Positions 1-13,011 are shown, counted from the whole stretch's first letter. The stretch is 61,525 bases of DNA, filler included, from Sphacelaria rigidula (GCA_964200075.2; 9 parts of 9 records of this genome joined end to end with filler, not necessarily neighbours in it); one strand, 5' to 3'. Notes: a model not told the origin generated them from the sequence alone. A program made the numbers and translations.

Positions 1-953
1 CCGTTCTGTATTTGTGATCATGCATACCATAGTCATAAGACCCCCCCCGGGGGGGGGGGGGGAGGGAGCGTGCTCCGTGTCCGAACTTTTCTCTCGGCCG
101 ACCCTTGTACCGACACGAGGCCCGTTGCTCAGAGGGTTGAACTACCTTGTCGATAAGAGAACGACCCTGTATCACAAAGCGAAACCCCCGCTACATTTCC
201 GGACAGGGTGCATGTGAAGATGACCTCACTGGAGAGATCGTACTGTACTTGACTGTCTTGCATCCGTGACTGTTCGTTGCCTTGCTCAGTATTTCCGAGC
301 GCGGAGAGCTTTTTGGGCTTTGGAACTAGACATAACTGAGCGAGGGTAGGGGGTGTTTTGTTTTCTCTCTCTCGCGAAATCCTACCATTTGTCACATTTC
401 CTGTACCGAACAACTTTGAGCATGTTCCGCATGAAAAGAGCCAGTGCAACAGCGCAAGGCGTCGACCCCATCAAAATATCGGATATTCACGTGCATCCAC
501 AAAGGCCAACCCACATGCACATTTCGATCACGTGTGTGTGCCTCGTCGCGTCCTATCTGGTAGCGGCTAGCCCCCCCTGACTTTGTCTATGATGGATACA
601 ACGAATGACGCATGCATGTTCCCTTGTGGCGCCCTTTTCGCCTTTTTCATCGGCTTACGGTACAGTCAAGCTGTACCTCTGTAGTGAGACCGAAGATCCT
701 TCACTTCATAAAACGCACGTCGATCACACAAGCGCAGCTATTCTTCAGATCCAAGCCTCGGTATGCGCGCAAATATAATACAGACCTCTTGCATGCTCTC
801 GTTCGTGCCGGAAGATCGAACGCACCCCGCCGGCGTGCAAGCGTCGTTTCGCTTGCCACCAAATAGGGAAGAAGACGGGCTGAAAAGCATGGCCGATCCG
901 GGTGGACAACGCATAGCCACCTCGCGAGCTCCAAGTGTGCTACGTATACACAG

Positions 954-1275
954 GTGCTGATCCTGCACGCCCCCAGCCCCCACCAGAATGTCGCTCACAT
1001 CCTCCAACAGGGGCTTCATCGGCATTACTCCCACCGCAATCGCCGGGTGAACTACATAGGCGGTCACCCCTGTAATAGTCTGGGTGTACAGAGGAGGGGG
1101 AAGAGCACTACCACCACCACCACCACCACCACCATCAGTAGTAGCAGCAGCAGCGGAACCACCATTGCTGCTGAAAAGCAGCAGCAGAAAGACGCCCGCG
1201 GCTGCCGGCATAGCCATCATGAGATGGCCCAAGCGATGAGGCATGCTTCTTTGTTGTCCCGGGGGTACAAAGCAG
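954..1275 (+). CDS. Possible exon of an unidentified host gene (VLILHAPSPHQNVAHILQQGLHRHYSH...)
   Basis: ACACAG acceptor before 954, open frame with ACC/AGC triplet runs, possible GTGATT donor at 1276. No recognisable domain, and the phase does not match the next candidate exon. Confidence 0.25.
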
Positions 1276-1939
1276 GTGATTCCTCTCACGTACACGTTTC
1301 CCTGTCAATCAGTGCTAAATCTCCTTGGCCCGGTTGTTGCATAGAAAAACGAAATTTCCGGACACCACACAATGAAAAGGTCGAAAACCCACAGAGCTAG
1401 CAAAGAACTGACGTCATCGACACATCCATCACGGATGGTGACAATCCGGCAAAATCCGGCAAATACGCGGCGGGTTTGTACATGAGATGGGTGACAGGTT
1501 CTTCTACTGTATGAAAATCGCATATCCGTGTCCCGCACTCTCCTCGTCTTGCTGACTTGCTATTGCGGAGCAGCGATTCATTGCGGTCTCACCGACGACG
1601 TATACTGGTTGTCAAGCTCAATGCTTGCTTGGTGTTGGGAGACATTCTCCACCGAAACCCTGGACCACTGTCGATTTTTCCGGCTGCGTCTCGAGGAACA
1701 AACACGCCAAGCGGTCAATGACGCACGCGCTCGATGTGGTATGCAGCGTGCGAATGTGCGAATGCTATAATACTATACATACATCCATAATGGTTGTGGC
1801 TTTAAAGGGTCAGTAACTGTTCAACAGATGGTCGTTGAGGCGTTCGTGAACGGCAAATGGGCGGGAAAAGAGCCAAATGTGTGGGCGCCATGGTTGGAGT
1901 TGGCGTGTGGATTTCCTTGCGCGCAGTGTCCCGCATCAG

Positions 1940-1999
1940 GTACAGGGAAGTGATGGCCCAGGACAGGTACTTTCTGGGCCGACTGGTTGCCCTGATAAG
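1940..1999 (+). CDS. Possible 60-nt exon (YREVMAQDRYFLGRLVALI)
   Basis: CATCAG acceptor, strong AG|GTAAGA donor at 2000, open frame, phase 2 at both ends. Confidence 0.35.
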
Positions 2000-2606
2000 G
2001 TAAGATTGGAAAAGAGTTCCTAGATCAGGTATACCTTGCCGCAATTTGGCCTAGAACGGGGAAGTGGTTTCTGGAGGCGAGACGTCCTTCTGCCATATCT
2101 CGCGAGTACCATATTTTTTCCTGTTTTTTCCCGAGGCCCGGCAGGTGCCGAGGAACCCGATTGCTGTGCGTGAAGAGTTCAAGAATCCGGTGCGAAATTG
2201 GTCTAGATTGTGTGTCTTGCTGTTTTCGCGTTTCTGGTGGTTTTTCATACCTTTCTTAGACGAAATACGAGAAGGTATACCTTTTTCTAGGTCATTGTCC
2301 AATACAATTTCCCGGCTCTTTCACAACGAAACGGTAAATGTTCAGATAAACGAAGATGTATATAATTAGAGCTATCAAAATAACGATCAAGATCGTCTTT
2401 CCTCCTGCAGTATAGTTCCCACGGATGGCTTTTTTTCGGGGGCGAATACTATTCTCCATGAGCACTCGAACGTGCTGCGAGCCGGGCCAGCTGACAGTGA
2501 TTTGCCAATGTATCCGGTCCGGGCGGTGGGTAATCTGAAGCATTGACTGCTGATATTTTGGCACAACATCTTTATCATCATTATGTAATATGGATGGGTA
2601 TGGACA

Positions 2607-2698
2607 GACTCCACACACCTTCCTTGATAGACGATGTGCAATAAGCTATGCACGACGAGGTGTAATGATATATGTGTCCGAAAGCTATGTGATTCACA
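2607..2698 (-). repeat. Partial copy (first ~90 bp) of the putative LTR at 5817-6081
   Basis: GACTCCACACACCTT..TTGATAGA..CGATGTGCAATAAGCTATGCACGA..GTGTCCGAAAGCTAT.TGATTCACA shared with 5996-6081. Confidence 0.85.
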
Positions 2699-3362
2699 TT
2701 GCAGATCTTCGTCGATACCTGCGATCTGCTTCAACAATGGCTCACACCCAGGCATCTTCTACCACCGCCCCTATCGCGGCCACTCCAGCTCCTGTGGCTG
2801 CAGCCAAAGCACCCGTGTCACGCCCCCCGCCCCCAGCGCGGCGGCGACTGCCGCTCCCGCCCCGGCGGCCGCGGATGACACTCCCAACACGGCCACTGAT
2901 GAGAAATCGGCCACTTCGCCGCAGGCTTCTACTGCCACGGGCTCGGCTCTGGCGCCTGCCCCCGGATCTATCACGGACGACCGCCCTCTGTTGGGCGTCG
3001 AGCATTGCCCGCCGGACCTCGCAACCAGAGCCGGGGCAGGAGATCCGGCGGGCAATGCTCGACGCCCAACAGGGGGCGGTCGTCCGTGATAGATCCGGGG
3101 GCGGGCGCCGGAGCCGAGCCCGTGGCAGTAGAAGCCTGCGGCGAAGTGGCCGATTTCTCATCAGTGGCCATGATGGGAGTGTCATCCGCGGCCGCCGGGG
3201 CGGGAGCGGCAGTCGCCGCCGCGCTGGGGGCGGGGGGCGTGACACGGGTGCTTTGGCTGCAGCCGCAGGAGCTGGAGTGGCCGCGATAGGGGCGGTGGTA
3301 GAAGATGCCTGGGAGTGAGCCATTGTTGAAGCAGATCGCAGGTATCGACGAAGATCTGCAAT
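2698..3362. repeat. Long inverted repeat: arms 2698-3020 and 3040-3362, 19-nt loop
   Basis: Manual base-by-base comparison: 8 mismatches in 323 bp, no indels. Confidence 0.97.
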
Positions 3363-4356
3363 TTGTCGTTCCACCGCACGTACAGTGGCAGCATCAGGGT
3401 ATGGCGGAAGGGCACGGTTAGTGCTGCGCCCATTTCGCAAAGATCGGGAATATCAATCAACGAGGCATCTATGGGCAATCGTGAACTCACATGGGTCCGA
3501 TCGACAGATTTAGGCCGTGAGGATCCCGTGGTCGATGGTAATCCCGAGAGCAATGCACGTACATCACGAACATGACTGGTATGATCACCATGGTGGACAG
3601 TGGCATCACCATCCATATCCAAATCAAAGGGAACATCTGAGGTTGAGCGTTCGTCATCATGGGCTGCAGCCGCTGGTACAGAGGCCTGATGATTCACATT
3701 ACTGTCAAAGTGAACATGATCTGAGGACGTTGAATGTTGAACGGCTGTGTGAAACGCGGCCGCAAGCGCTTGTGAAAGGGCAGTTGTCGCTGGACCGTCA
3801 GAAATGACAGCTGGTGATGAACGAAGCAAGTGCTCAAGAGCCGTTACTAAAGGCAAGTGCCCTGTGAAAGGCTCTTCGTAGCGGCCAAGACGCGAGGAGG
3901 ATGTTCGGCGCGAGGGCTGTCGAACAGAAGTGTCCTCACGATACATGTCGTATCGCCGCGGGCGCTGTGAGGAGCGGAACCCTTGTGCGACGTACCGAAA
4001 ACGTCGGAAGGCATGGACGGATGCCATTCATCAACACCGCGAGCGCGGGGTGAGTCAATAACCGCGGTAGAAGCCTGAAGCGGTTTGCGTTTCACAACAG
4101 TGGCAACGCGTGGCGACTCGTCAGACATGTTGGAACCCCTAGACGGAGCACGTTGAACAACAGAGCGAGCGCGTAGCGACTCGTCGATCATGTTGGAACT
4201 CCGAGGCGGTGTGCGGTTCACAACAGAGCGAGCGCGTAGCGACTCGTCGATCATGTTGGAAGTCTTGGGCAAATAGCGGTCGTGGTCACCAGTAACAGCC
4301 AAGTCTTGAGACGTGTAGTCGCCAGAGTGGAGGGCCGAAGCTCTGTCGGATTTCAC
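3040..4356 (-). pseudogene. Frameshifted gag-like/unknown ORF of the LTR derivative
   Basis: Overlapping minus-strand ORFs 3847-4356, 3182-4027 and 2742-3440 hand over by frameshift. Position downstream of the LTR suggests gag, but no diagnostic motif is visible. Confidence 0.35.
4040..4262 (-). repeat. 63-bp tandem repeat encoding 21-aa units (SNMIDESLRARSVV...)
   Basis: Two near-identical and two diverged units in ORF 3847-4356. Confidence 0.85.
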
Positions 4357-5816
4357 TTCTTCGTGTACAGGGGAAGTAAGAGTGAAGGGTTTTGAAGGAA
4401 TTGATGAAAGAAAACGCTGACGGCGTAAAGATTTGTAAGTAGGCAGGGCCGAGGTGAGAATTATTTTCTGCGGTTGCGATGAAATTGAAGAGGTTGAAAT
4501 GGACGCCAGACACCAGAGTACAATAGTTCTGGTATAATAATAGCAGGTAGTGTAGACTCGGCAGGAGATTGTAAGTACCGAAAAAAAATCAAGCAGGTAA
4601 GACTACAGAATTTTATAAATAGAGGTACACCAAAGTAGAGTAGACTGCTGTGATAATAACAATCAGCGTAATCTCGGCAATTCCAAGTACCGACAAGGCA
4701 GACAGCAGAGCAAAAAGGTGGAGATGATTAAACGCCGAAAATGGAGGAACTGCGGCGGAAATAAGACACCTGTAGAGGAAACTGTGTATGGGGGAGTAGG
4801 GGGGGGGCACTGAAGGTGTACCAAAGGTGTAAATAGTCGCAAAGGAACAAACTTGCAGATAAACCCAACAGTTGTCGCACGAGAGGTTTGGTGCAAGAGC
4901 AAAACCTAACAATGAGGCGACTGGGAAAGAAGACAGACACCCGAACAGATGTTCGACGGGCGCACTGTGCACGTCAAATATGACTGGGGTACTTAGTGGC
5001 CAGGCACACCCTGGACAGGGGTACGTCAGTGGTGCAAGTAAGACACCGCACACAGGAGGTGTAGATAAAAAACACAACTCGAGACCGCATCAAGGGGCAC
5101 CAACACTAGTATGGATCACGTAGCCAAAGTGAAGGCGATGCGTGAATAGTGTTGGAATTCAATACAGAAAGACAATCAAAAGCGTGGCAGCGAGGGTGCG
5201 AAACACTGAAGTCAGGTGCAGGGATCCAAGAGGAGACAACCGTAGCAGCCGACTGAAACACTAATGTTGGTGCAGATCAGGCGCCAAACTGAAAACACTA
5301 CAGGGGGATACGAAATTTCGAACAAGAAATCAAGAAATCGTAAAGCGATCCAGGTAGTGTAGCATCAAAGAGGGAAAAGTGGATCACGCAGTGCAGGGCC
5401 AAAAGGGAAAATAAAATCTGTACGAGTATGTGGTGCCCACGCGAAAGATAAAAAATGTATCCACCAGTACACGCACAAAGGATGAAAAGCGCGTCGTGGA
5501 ATGCACCACCCAGAGGTGAAAAGTTGACCACGTAGTGCTCACCCAGCGAAAAAGGTAGAAGCGGGGCTGGGGTGTGATAGAAACCTGACGGGAGGTGCGA
5601 TGAGAGACGTACAGCACCGAATTTGTCAATTGTGTTGGTGCAGATTGTCGTGCGGGAGAACAAATAGTGTGCACTACAGTACTCTGCACGCTGGAGCGGC
5701 AGTTGCTACTACCACAATTACTGCTACTACTACTGCGGCAGTTGTGACTACGCAATGGTCGCACCGAAAAAGTAAGCGTGGTTGGGAGCGGTGAACGAAA
5801 ACACCAGAGCAGTCAG

Positions 5817-6081
5817 GGTGAGGGGACACCGCACGATAAACACAGCTACGGCACACAAATGTCAACGTCCAGCAAGGATAAAGGTAGACACTTTCGCCGT
5901 AAGATAAAAGCGGCGTGTTCTGTATCGGTCCAGCAAGGTATAGTGTCAACTGTCCGCAAGAGTTTACAACAAGTCAGCCGACACAGCGCTGGGCGGACTC
6001 CACACACCTTTCTTGATAGATCGATGTGCAATAAGCTATGCACGAGGTGCAATGACGTGTCCGAAAGCTATATGATTCACA
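5817..6081 (-). repeat. Putative LTR (~265 bp)
   Basis: Starts TGTGA on the minus strand and ends ..GTGTCCCCTCAC; partly duplicated at 2607-2698. The inner boundary is inferred. Confidence 0.5.
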
Positions 6082-6316
6082 GGTAGGCCCACGTGACCGA
6101 TGGTCAACAGTAGCAATCAGGCAGAAGAAGCTCAAAGGCTTGATGTCTTGTAACTCTCACTTATTATTCCCTTGCTCGCCTAGCAAGCTGTTCTCACCAA
6201 AGGTAAACAGTAGAAGCAGATGTCCGGCTCGAAGGGCAGCTCAAGAGTGAGCGAGTGTGCATGGAACGCAACCTATCCGACCTCGGCACGAGAAGGCGTT
6301 TCGCCTCCTCGAGACT

Positions 6317-6420
6317 AGGGCATATAAGCCTGCACACTAACCTTCCCCAGCTAGGGTACACCAGTCTGTACATCAACCTTCCCCAGAACGTAGTCTGTAC
6401 ATCAACCTTCCCCAGAACTA
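6317..6420. repeat. Short tandem repeat, 3 units with core (G)TCTGTACATCAACCTTCCCCAG
   Basis: Visible directly in the sequence. Confidence 0.75.
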
Positions 6421-6629
6421 TGGGAGCATTCCCATAGATGGATCGAGTGATCTGTGAGCCAACCTGCCCCAAAGTTGTCTGTGGGAACAAATAACGCCTC
6501 TCTATCCTCCTCATGACAACTACGCACAACCTTCCCGGGGATGCCAAGAAGAACAACAAACAGAAAGTTACGAGCTGGGCTAGCCTGGAAGCGGATTTGA
6601 AGTTTGCAGGCACATGCTCCCGCCAATAT

Positions 6630-6695
6630 TTAACAGCCGATCCTAATTTTTGGGGTTGAACTATAAAATGAGGTTCAACCCGCAAATCGCTTCCG
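6630..6695 (+). repeat. Diverged copy of the contig-end repeat terminus (TAACA...GGTTGAACT...ATGAGGTTCAA)
   Basis: Aligns with 40918-40986, 20381-20429 and the reverse complement of 13699-13767. Confidence 0.55.
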
Positions 6696-6749
6696 TTGGG
6701 AAAATACAAAACAGTAACACAAAAGGAAGGTATTTTCCCCCAACACTCC

Positions 6750-6849
6750 NNNNNNNNNNNNNNNNNNNNNNNNNNNNNNNNNNNNNNNNNNNNTTAATTA
6801 ATTAANNNNNNNNNNNNNNNNNNNNNNNNNNNNNNNNNNNNNNNNNNNN
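6750..6849. other. Artificial contig linker
   Basis: 44 N + TTAATTAATTAA + 44 N. Confidence 0.99.
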
Positions 6850-7699
6850 CCCCCCCCAATGAGCTCTTTTTTTCGTGTAATCCCCCCCCCCCCCCCCCTC
6901 TCCGCTCCTATCGTAGCATTACTCCACTAATCCCGTAGTGTGTCCGCTGAACGCCTACATACGAGACGAAACAACCGCTACCGCCACCCTCTAAAACTGC
7001 CATGGGAGAGTCCATGGTGGCCTTTCGTACTGGTAACCTGGTCAAATCTGCGACATTACCAGCGTGTTGTTACAATAAAACATGAATCAGATACACCTTG
7101 CGGAAGTAAATCATACACTAAATAAACATCTCAGGAAGCTTCCAATTCAAGAAGATCTCTTCGGCAACATGGCAAAGGGCCAGCCTAACGTTTGCAGTGT
7201 GGGCGTTGACGGAAATTCTTTCCATCGTCGCACCGCCCTACATGTAGTTTCCGGCGCACACCTCAATAAACAATCATGTGGCAAACGAAATGCTCTTGAC
7301 CGCCTTAGCCTCTCGCGTGAGCGCCGGTGCCGCTGCTGTACCACAGCCCGACAACTCGACCTTCATTCGCTATGATTGCTGACGACTTGGAAACCGCGGT
7401 TGTTATTTTACCTCTTGGCACCCATCCATCATCCACGCCACAAACAGTCACAGGAAGAGTTGACATATGTCCACATCAACCAACAATACACTCCTTTGTC
7501 AATACACGCCCAACACCAGACTCCTAGACATTCATCCAGCTGCCCACACCCCCATCCACGGAAACCCTCGACATTCAAACCAATATGAGCGGAGACGACA
7601 CTGAGCTTTTACTAAGCCTCACGATAAGCCCTTTGCGTTCGTATCACCGCGCGTCTCCCGCTACTCGGATCCGAAATCCACAATTCCACAGGGGTAAAA

Positions 7700-8560
7700 T
7701 CCATGGTTGCCCTACTGGAGGTCCCCTGCCACGCAGCACATTCACCGGACTTACTCATCGTGAACAGAGGGCAGGCGTCCAGCCTCTCGTGTATGAACGC
7801 CCGTCACGAACCAGCAGGATCTATCTCACACCAATCCCCCCTTCGCCGTACCAATCTTGAACACCTTGATATTTGTGATAATACATCAAATAAAGTAAAG
7901 GAACGCTGCGTCGGGTCGCGAGCGCGTCTTGCCGGTATTGCCCATTTGCTGCTGTCTGCTCACTGCGATGACGAAAATCATCTACCGCCGATGGTAATGC
8001 TCAGCCATCGGCACCACTGTCCTACCCCAATTGCATCAAATGCACTTGTGCACAAACAACGGCAACTATATTGAGGGAGAATTTGATCAACTTCTGCATT
8101 AAGCTGCGTACCCCATGTATCGAAGGGGTTTGCCTTGTACCCGACTCCGCCGTGATATAAAACAGAGCGTGTCGAGCAACAAGGTGACGAGTGTCGCGCG
8201 GGTCGTTTCCATCTGTGTAGCCTCACCTGAGTGAAAATGCGAAAACCACTCCCATCTTGAGACAAACCCAGTCCCACCATGTTAACATCCGCGCTCACAC
8301 CCATGAAATACCCCCGAGCATGGAGCCATACAATGAATTTTTTCAGCGGAGAAGTCATCATCTATCGAGCTGTCGCTGGACATTCCGATATCCCAAAAGA
8401 AGGAACAGTGGCAAAGCCCGAGCGACGGTGAGGCTCACGTCCGGCTCCTTCCCCCGTTGCGGCTGTCATTCACTGCTCGGCTTACTCTGCGAATCCATTG
8501 TCAAGGCACCACTGAACGACGTCCATGTGCCCCATGTCCAAAGCGATGTCACAAGTGTCT
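7700..8560 (+). pseudogene. Heavily decayed Ty1/copia GAG-pre-integrase/integrase remnant
   Basis: CTNNGNYIEGEFDQLL (~8050-8097) resembles RTDNGGEF..EF. Upstream H..S..LRRT..L.I..C-like and downstream PYNEFF segments occur in copia order. Many frameshifts. Confidence 0.4.
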
Positions 8561-9439
8561 TCGTTCCACATGCACCCGTTGGCGGTACACCACTTCAGCA
8601 CCTGGACAATAGAAACGAGAACGGAAAGTGTTCTGTTCACGGTGTTTTTATATCCACCATGATGAAGTCAGCATCACCGTGTTATTCGTGTGTAGAAGCT
8701 GTCGACAACTTTTCACGTAATATAGATACATGTCCAATTCAATGTAGCTCGACTCGTACTCAACAGAAAAATACGATATTTGGTCATTTAGTCATACACT
8801 TCGCATTCGTGTACTCGGTCATAGTGTGTACGTTTCTAGAGAGTCATATGAAAGCAACATAAAACCACGCAAAACAACTATATCTGCCCCATAACACTCG
8901 TACACTTAAGAAAATGGCCCGCAACGCGGAAATGGTGATAAATCTTGCAAAACTGACACAAGTGTCATCACTTTTCAACTTCCATTGCGGGCATACATCA
9001 CCCGCAGATTCGACTGCACTCAGATGAAGAGCTGCTACACGATTGTTTCCGCTCATCACCCGAAATTCACTCACGAGAAAATGCTTTTTGCAACACGTAC
9101 GCATAGTCAGTCGCACACATGGTGTCATGCTAACCACCATGAGCAACGGAAGAGGGTGAAACATCCAGATTCTTGTTTAATGCCTGAGGGGTGGCGCTGA
9201 GGGCAAAATGGTACCTTGACCAATCAGCGCCCCTACAGTATTTGTGAAATAACGAATACGGATTCCCTGATCAATTTCTGCCTTATTCCTGCATGCTTCA
9301 AGTCGCAGTAACCGCCATCCGATTGTAAATCGAACGGAATAAACAGATTCGAAAGCGCTTGCTACGAGATGGAATTATACTCAAAGCCGTCGTATTTCGG
9401 TGATGTGGGGTTTTGGCGTCGTCGAGCTTCTACTGATGA

Positions 9440-11230
9440 TACGCATCAAAGACCCAAAAGGCCTCCCGACAGCTTCTCTTACCTTTGTCGTAGGAAAGTT
9501 CAGATCGGCCTCAACCGTGGCAATTCGGTAGGTATTAATGCTCCGATATCAAAATAAATACAGGCTGGTTCACGGAAAAATAAACAAAAAAAACTCATCG
9601 GCAAAGCTTCACGCCGTTTTGAGGAGTTAGACCCTGAAATTTTGCACAGGTTTTGTATGGGTCGTAACGTAACTTGCCAAAGTCGAGCTGTTTTTTTACC
9701 TTCCAACTTTTTTCACCGTTTTTCCGGGGTCCCAGTTTTTTTGGGGTAACTTTGATCCAGTCGGACTGCCGTGAAACGGTAAAAACGGAAAAAATGAAAA
9801 AAAAACCTCGTTCATCCAAAGTTGCGTACTGACTCATAGAAAAGCTGTGCAAAATTTCAGGGTCTACCTCCTTAAAACGGCGTGAAGTCTTTCGCATTTG
9901 TGCGATGAACGCTGCCGTGTCGCGGTGAAACGGAAAACTACTAGATTTTAGTATGAAAATGGCGTCTTTGGGTCTTCTTTGATGTGAACATGAAATTCAA
10001 GCACCAGTTAATCGAGTTTGGCCACGAAACTTTGTGGGGTTTTTCCTTGGGTCTGACAGCGACATAATGTTCGCGAAGAAAATGAAAAAAATAACGTAGT
10101 GCCGGTTTTCCGGGGTCCCAGAATGAACGACCTCACCAAAACGACTTGGATCCCGTCAGACCCCCGAAAGACGGTAAAAAAATCAGGAAGTAGAAAAATC
10201 TCGTTGACCAAAACGTGCGTAATGATTCATAGCGTATTTGTGCGAAGTTTCAGGATCTAACTCCTGATAGCTGCGTGAAGGTTTGAGCGTTTGTGCGAGG
10301 ATATGAGCTTAAAACGTGCAAACTCCCAACTACTTAGTTCTAGTCTGAAAACGTATTTTTCGGGTGAATTTCACACCAAGGCAGGAAAAATTTTATGATT
10401 TTTTTCAGTTTCTCCACCAAAACTTTTATGTGTGTTCCTTGGACTATCCCGGGACGTATCATGTTTTTTCTTTTTCTCTTCAGTCATTCTGTATCGCCTT
10501 CCGGGGGTCTTTGCACTGGGACCCTCGGAAGCCGGTAGAGAACGGAGAAATCTTTGAACTCTTGCCAAATCACAACTTTTCCATCGGGAGCATCAATACG
10601 TAAGGAACTGTCAAGTTTGAGGATGATCCGAGCTTTTCTACAACATATATAAGGGAAATAAATCGTCACGAGCCTCCCTGAGTCTTTCCCACGTACAGTA
10701 TCATGAGTGGAAATTAGACGACGCCAAACTCCGCATCACCGAAACATTACGGTTTCTGGTATAATTCGATCCCGTTGAAAACGTTTTCAAATCTGGTTCT
10801 CCCGTTAGATTCCTGAGGTGATGACGGTCACTACGATTTAAAGCATGTGGAGATTCGGTGGGAATTGGGCTTGAAATTCGTATTTTCAATTTCACAACAG
10901 TTTGAAAGACGCTGATTGATGGAGACCTATTTTGACCATAGCGCCAGCGCATAGCCTTGAACAAAAATCCGGCTTTGTCACCCTCTTTGTTCATTGCAGT
11001 CAACATGATACCGTGTATGCGATTATTGGGTGCGTATCGCAGAAGGCATTTGCTGATGACAGAAATTTCGGCCTTTTACGTGAACCAGCCTGTATACATA
11101 TTTTGGACATTGTATCAAAATTCCTCCGCTCTTTACCGGCTTTCGGGGGTTCTGGCATGAGTATCCCCGGAAGCCGGTACACAGTGCCTCGAATCAATGA
11201 AAGATATGTACGCGTCCCAGGGTAATGCAA
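9440..11230. mobile_element. Non-coding mosaic of nested inverted and direct repeats (foldback/MITE-like DNA element)
   Basis: IR 9607-9674/9820-9887; direct repeat ~9720-9890/~10105-10280; IR ~10440-10560/~11110-11230; IR ~9480-9545/~10588-10652. Confidence 0.6.
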
Positions 11231-11340
11231 TATTTTTTTTCAAACGTTTCGTCGCGTAAATCGAAAAAAGAGATGCAGCAGGGTCGTACTCACGTTCAAC
11301 GTACCCGAGAAGTCGGTTCTCATACTGAACCTCTTCGGAA

Positions 11341-11570
11341 CCGTTGATGAAAAAAATTACCATTTACAGTTGACGTTTGACGTTTGCTTGGGCAGGATAT
11401 GGTTGTTTTTGCAACTGTGGATGATGCAGCCCACCAAAATGGCACACTACTCTACGTTCAAGTGTATACCGACGCAACAGATTCACGCACCGAACTCGAA
11501 GTAATTTTGTTCCGATGACGAAAGCTCGCATATGGGAGTTGGTACTGTTTTCCGCGAGTTCCAAAAGGGT
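11341..11570 (+). repeat. Interspersed repeat, also present at 25263-25482
   Basis: Colinear similarity over ~220 bp (CCGTTGATG...TTTGACGTTT...GATGCAGC...GTTCAAGT...GACGAAAG...CGCGAGTTCC). Confidence 0.8.
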
Positions 11571-13011
11571 TAAATCGAGCACTGAAGAGTTTCTACCTGT
11601 GAAGCTCACTTCGTTGCACGAAAGCGAAGACATCCACGCCGTGTTTTGAAGTTAGAATCTGAAACTTCGCACACATACATAATGCGGGTCATTACGACAT
11701 TCCCCAAGAAGGAAGTTTTTCGAATTTTTTTTCTTTTTACTCGAGTATCGGGTAGGGCACGTGATCCTCAGGACCCTGGAATCCCCAGTGACCGGTGACC
11801 GGTGAAATAAATGAGAAATCAAAGACCTCAATCTTCAAACGTTTCACAATGATCCATAGTATGTGTGCAATTCTTCCGAGTTCAACTTCGAAGCACTGCG
11901 TGAAGTTTTGCGGATGAGTGAATTCCGGGTGGCAAACGTGAACGAGCGATTGAGCAATATAACAACAAAAATAGATCATCCATAATATTCATGTCGTATG
12001 ACGATGTTTCCGCGCCCCCGACCCGGGGGGAAATGCCGGCTTCAACAGCTGCTGAAACCCATGACACGCACGGTAGGACGGCGAGCTTGACGCAGATCCC
12101 CTTGCTACCGACGAACGTTGCGGGTCCCAACATGCACGTTGATGTCTCTCCACTCGAAATGCTGCATTCGACCGCGGCCGTTGTCTAGGAGCTCTGAGCA
12201 CCTTTGAAAAAAAATATAGTATTTTGAAGAGAGTATTGTGCCAGTGACTTGATATTGCTCCGCGAGAAAACAAATCCGGCTCGGCCGTGCAGAAGGATAG
12301 GTTAATGTGGAGAGCACGTCAAGAATTGAATGGCGTTCAGCGCAAGCCTGCAGCGTTGTGTCCCAGCACTTTTATACCCGGAAAACTAGCGGTCGTTTAT
12401 TGGTGTGCAGAAGGGGCTTGAAATTTCAAAGTGCTCTTTTTTTCTGTAGGATGTTCTGCTTGTGGTAAGGTTTGCAAAGCAAACAGAGCGCACGCATTAG
12501 CAGTCGGTGCAACTACACAACCACGTCCGCCCAGTTATCAAAAACTCCCATGAATCGCAGCAGTAGTCGGTCTCGTGCTTGTGAGTCAGCCAGCGTCTGT
12601 TTCTTCCTCTGAGAGCGACACTCTTCAGTCAGCGCGACAGATTGTTCTCAAGTCCCTCACATACCATTTTGGTCGTAAAAATACGACCAGGGCTGGCTGA
12701 TAGCGATTCTTGACGGTTTTAGGGTTTTAGGCAATGCTCAATATGAGGAGGTAGGCACTGAAATTTTGACATGACATCTATATATCAACACGCGCGACAT
12801 TCTTCCTGGATGCCGAGAGAAAACAAAAACAGAAAGAGCGACTTGAAATTTCAGCAAAAACTGGAAAAATGTCATGACTGCGTGAAGAACAAAAATGGCG
12901 GCATCCCCAGAAATGTTGTACGCACTTGCGCCAAGGAGATTATTCTGGTAAACTTACGGCCAAAACCTCCTGAAATTGGGCCCAGTCTGGCACTTTTTGT
13001 GTGACACCGCT

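Larger units (their letters stand above)
2607..6081 (-). mobile_element. Rearranged LTR-retrotransposon derivative: LTR, long leader, degenerate gag-like ORF, fold-back, partial LTR copy
   Basis: Direct repeat 5996-6081 / 2607-2698, both starting TGTGAATCA on the minus strand. Frameshifted low-complexity ORFs run 4356->3040. No pol motifs seen. Confidence 0.5.

Noticed and set aside
738..1295. Secreted protein with a signal peptide on the minus strand
   Set aside because: The hydrophobic and poly-Gly stretches come from CAG/ACC triplet runs, and splice signals nearby favour the plus strand.
2590..3318. Overlapping sense/antisense protein pair
   Set aside because: The mirror-image ORFs are a direct consequence of the GC-rich inverted repeat.
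6794..6805. Recurrent TTAATTAATTAA as a biological motif
   Set aside because: It is always centred in an identical 100-nt N block, so it is a concatenation linker.
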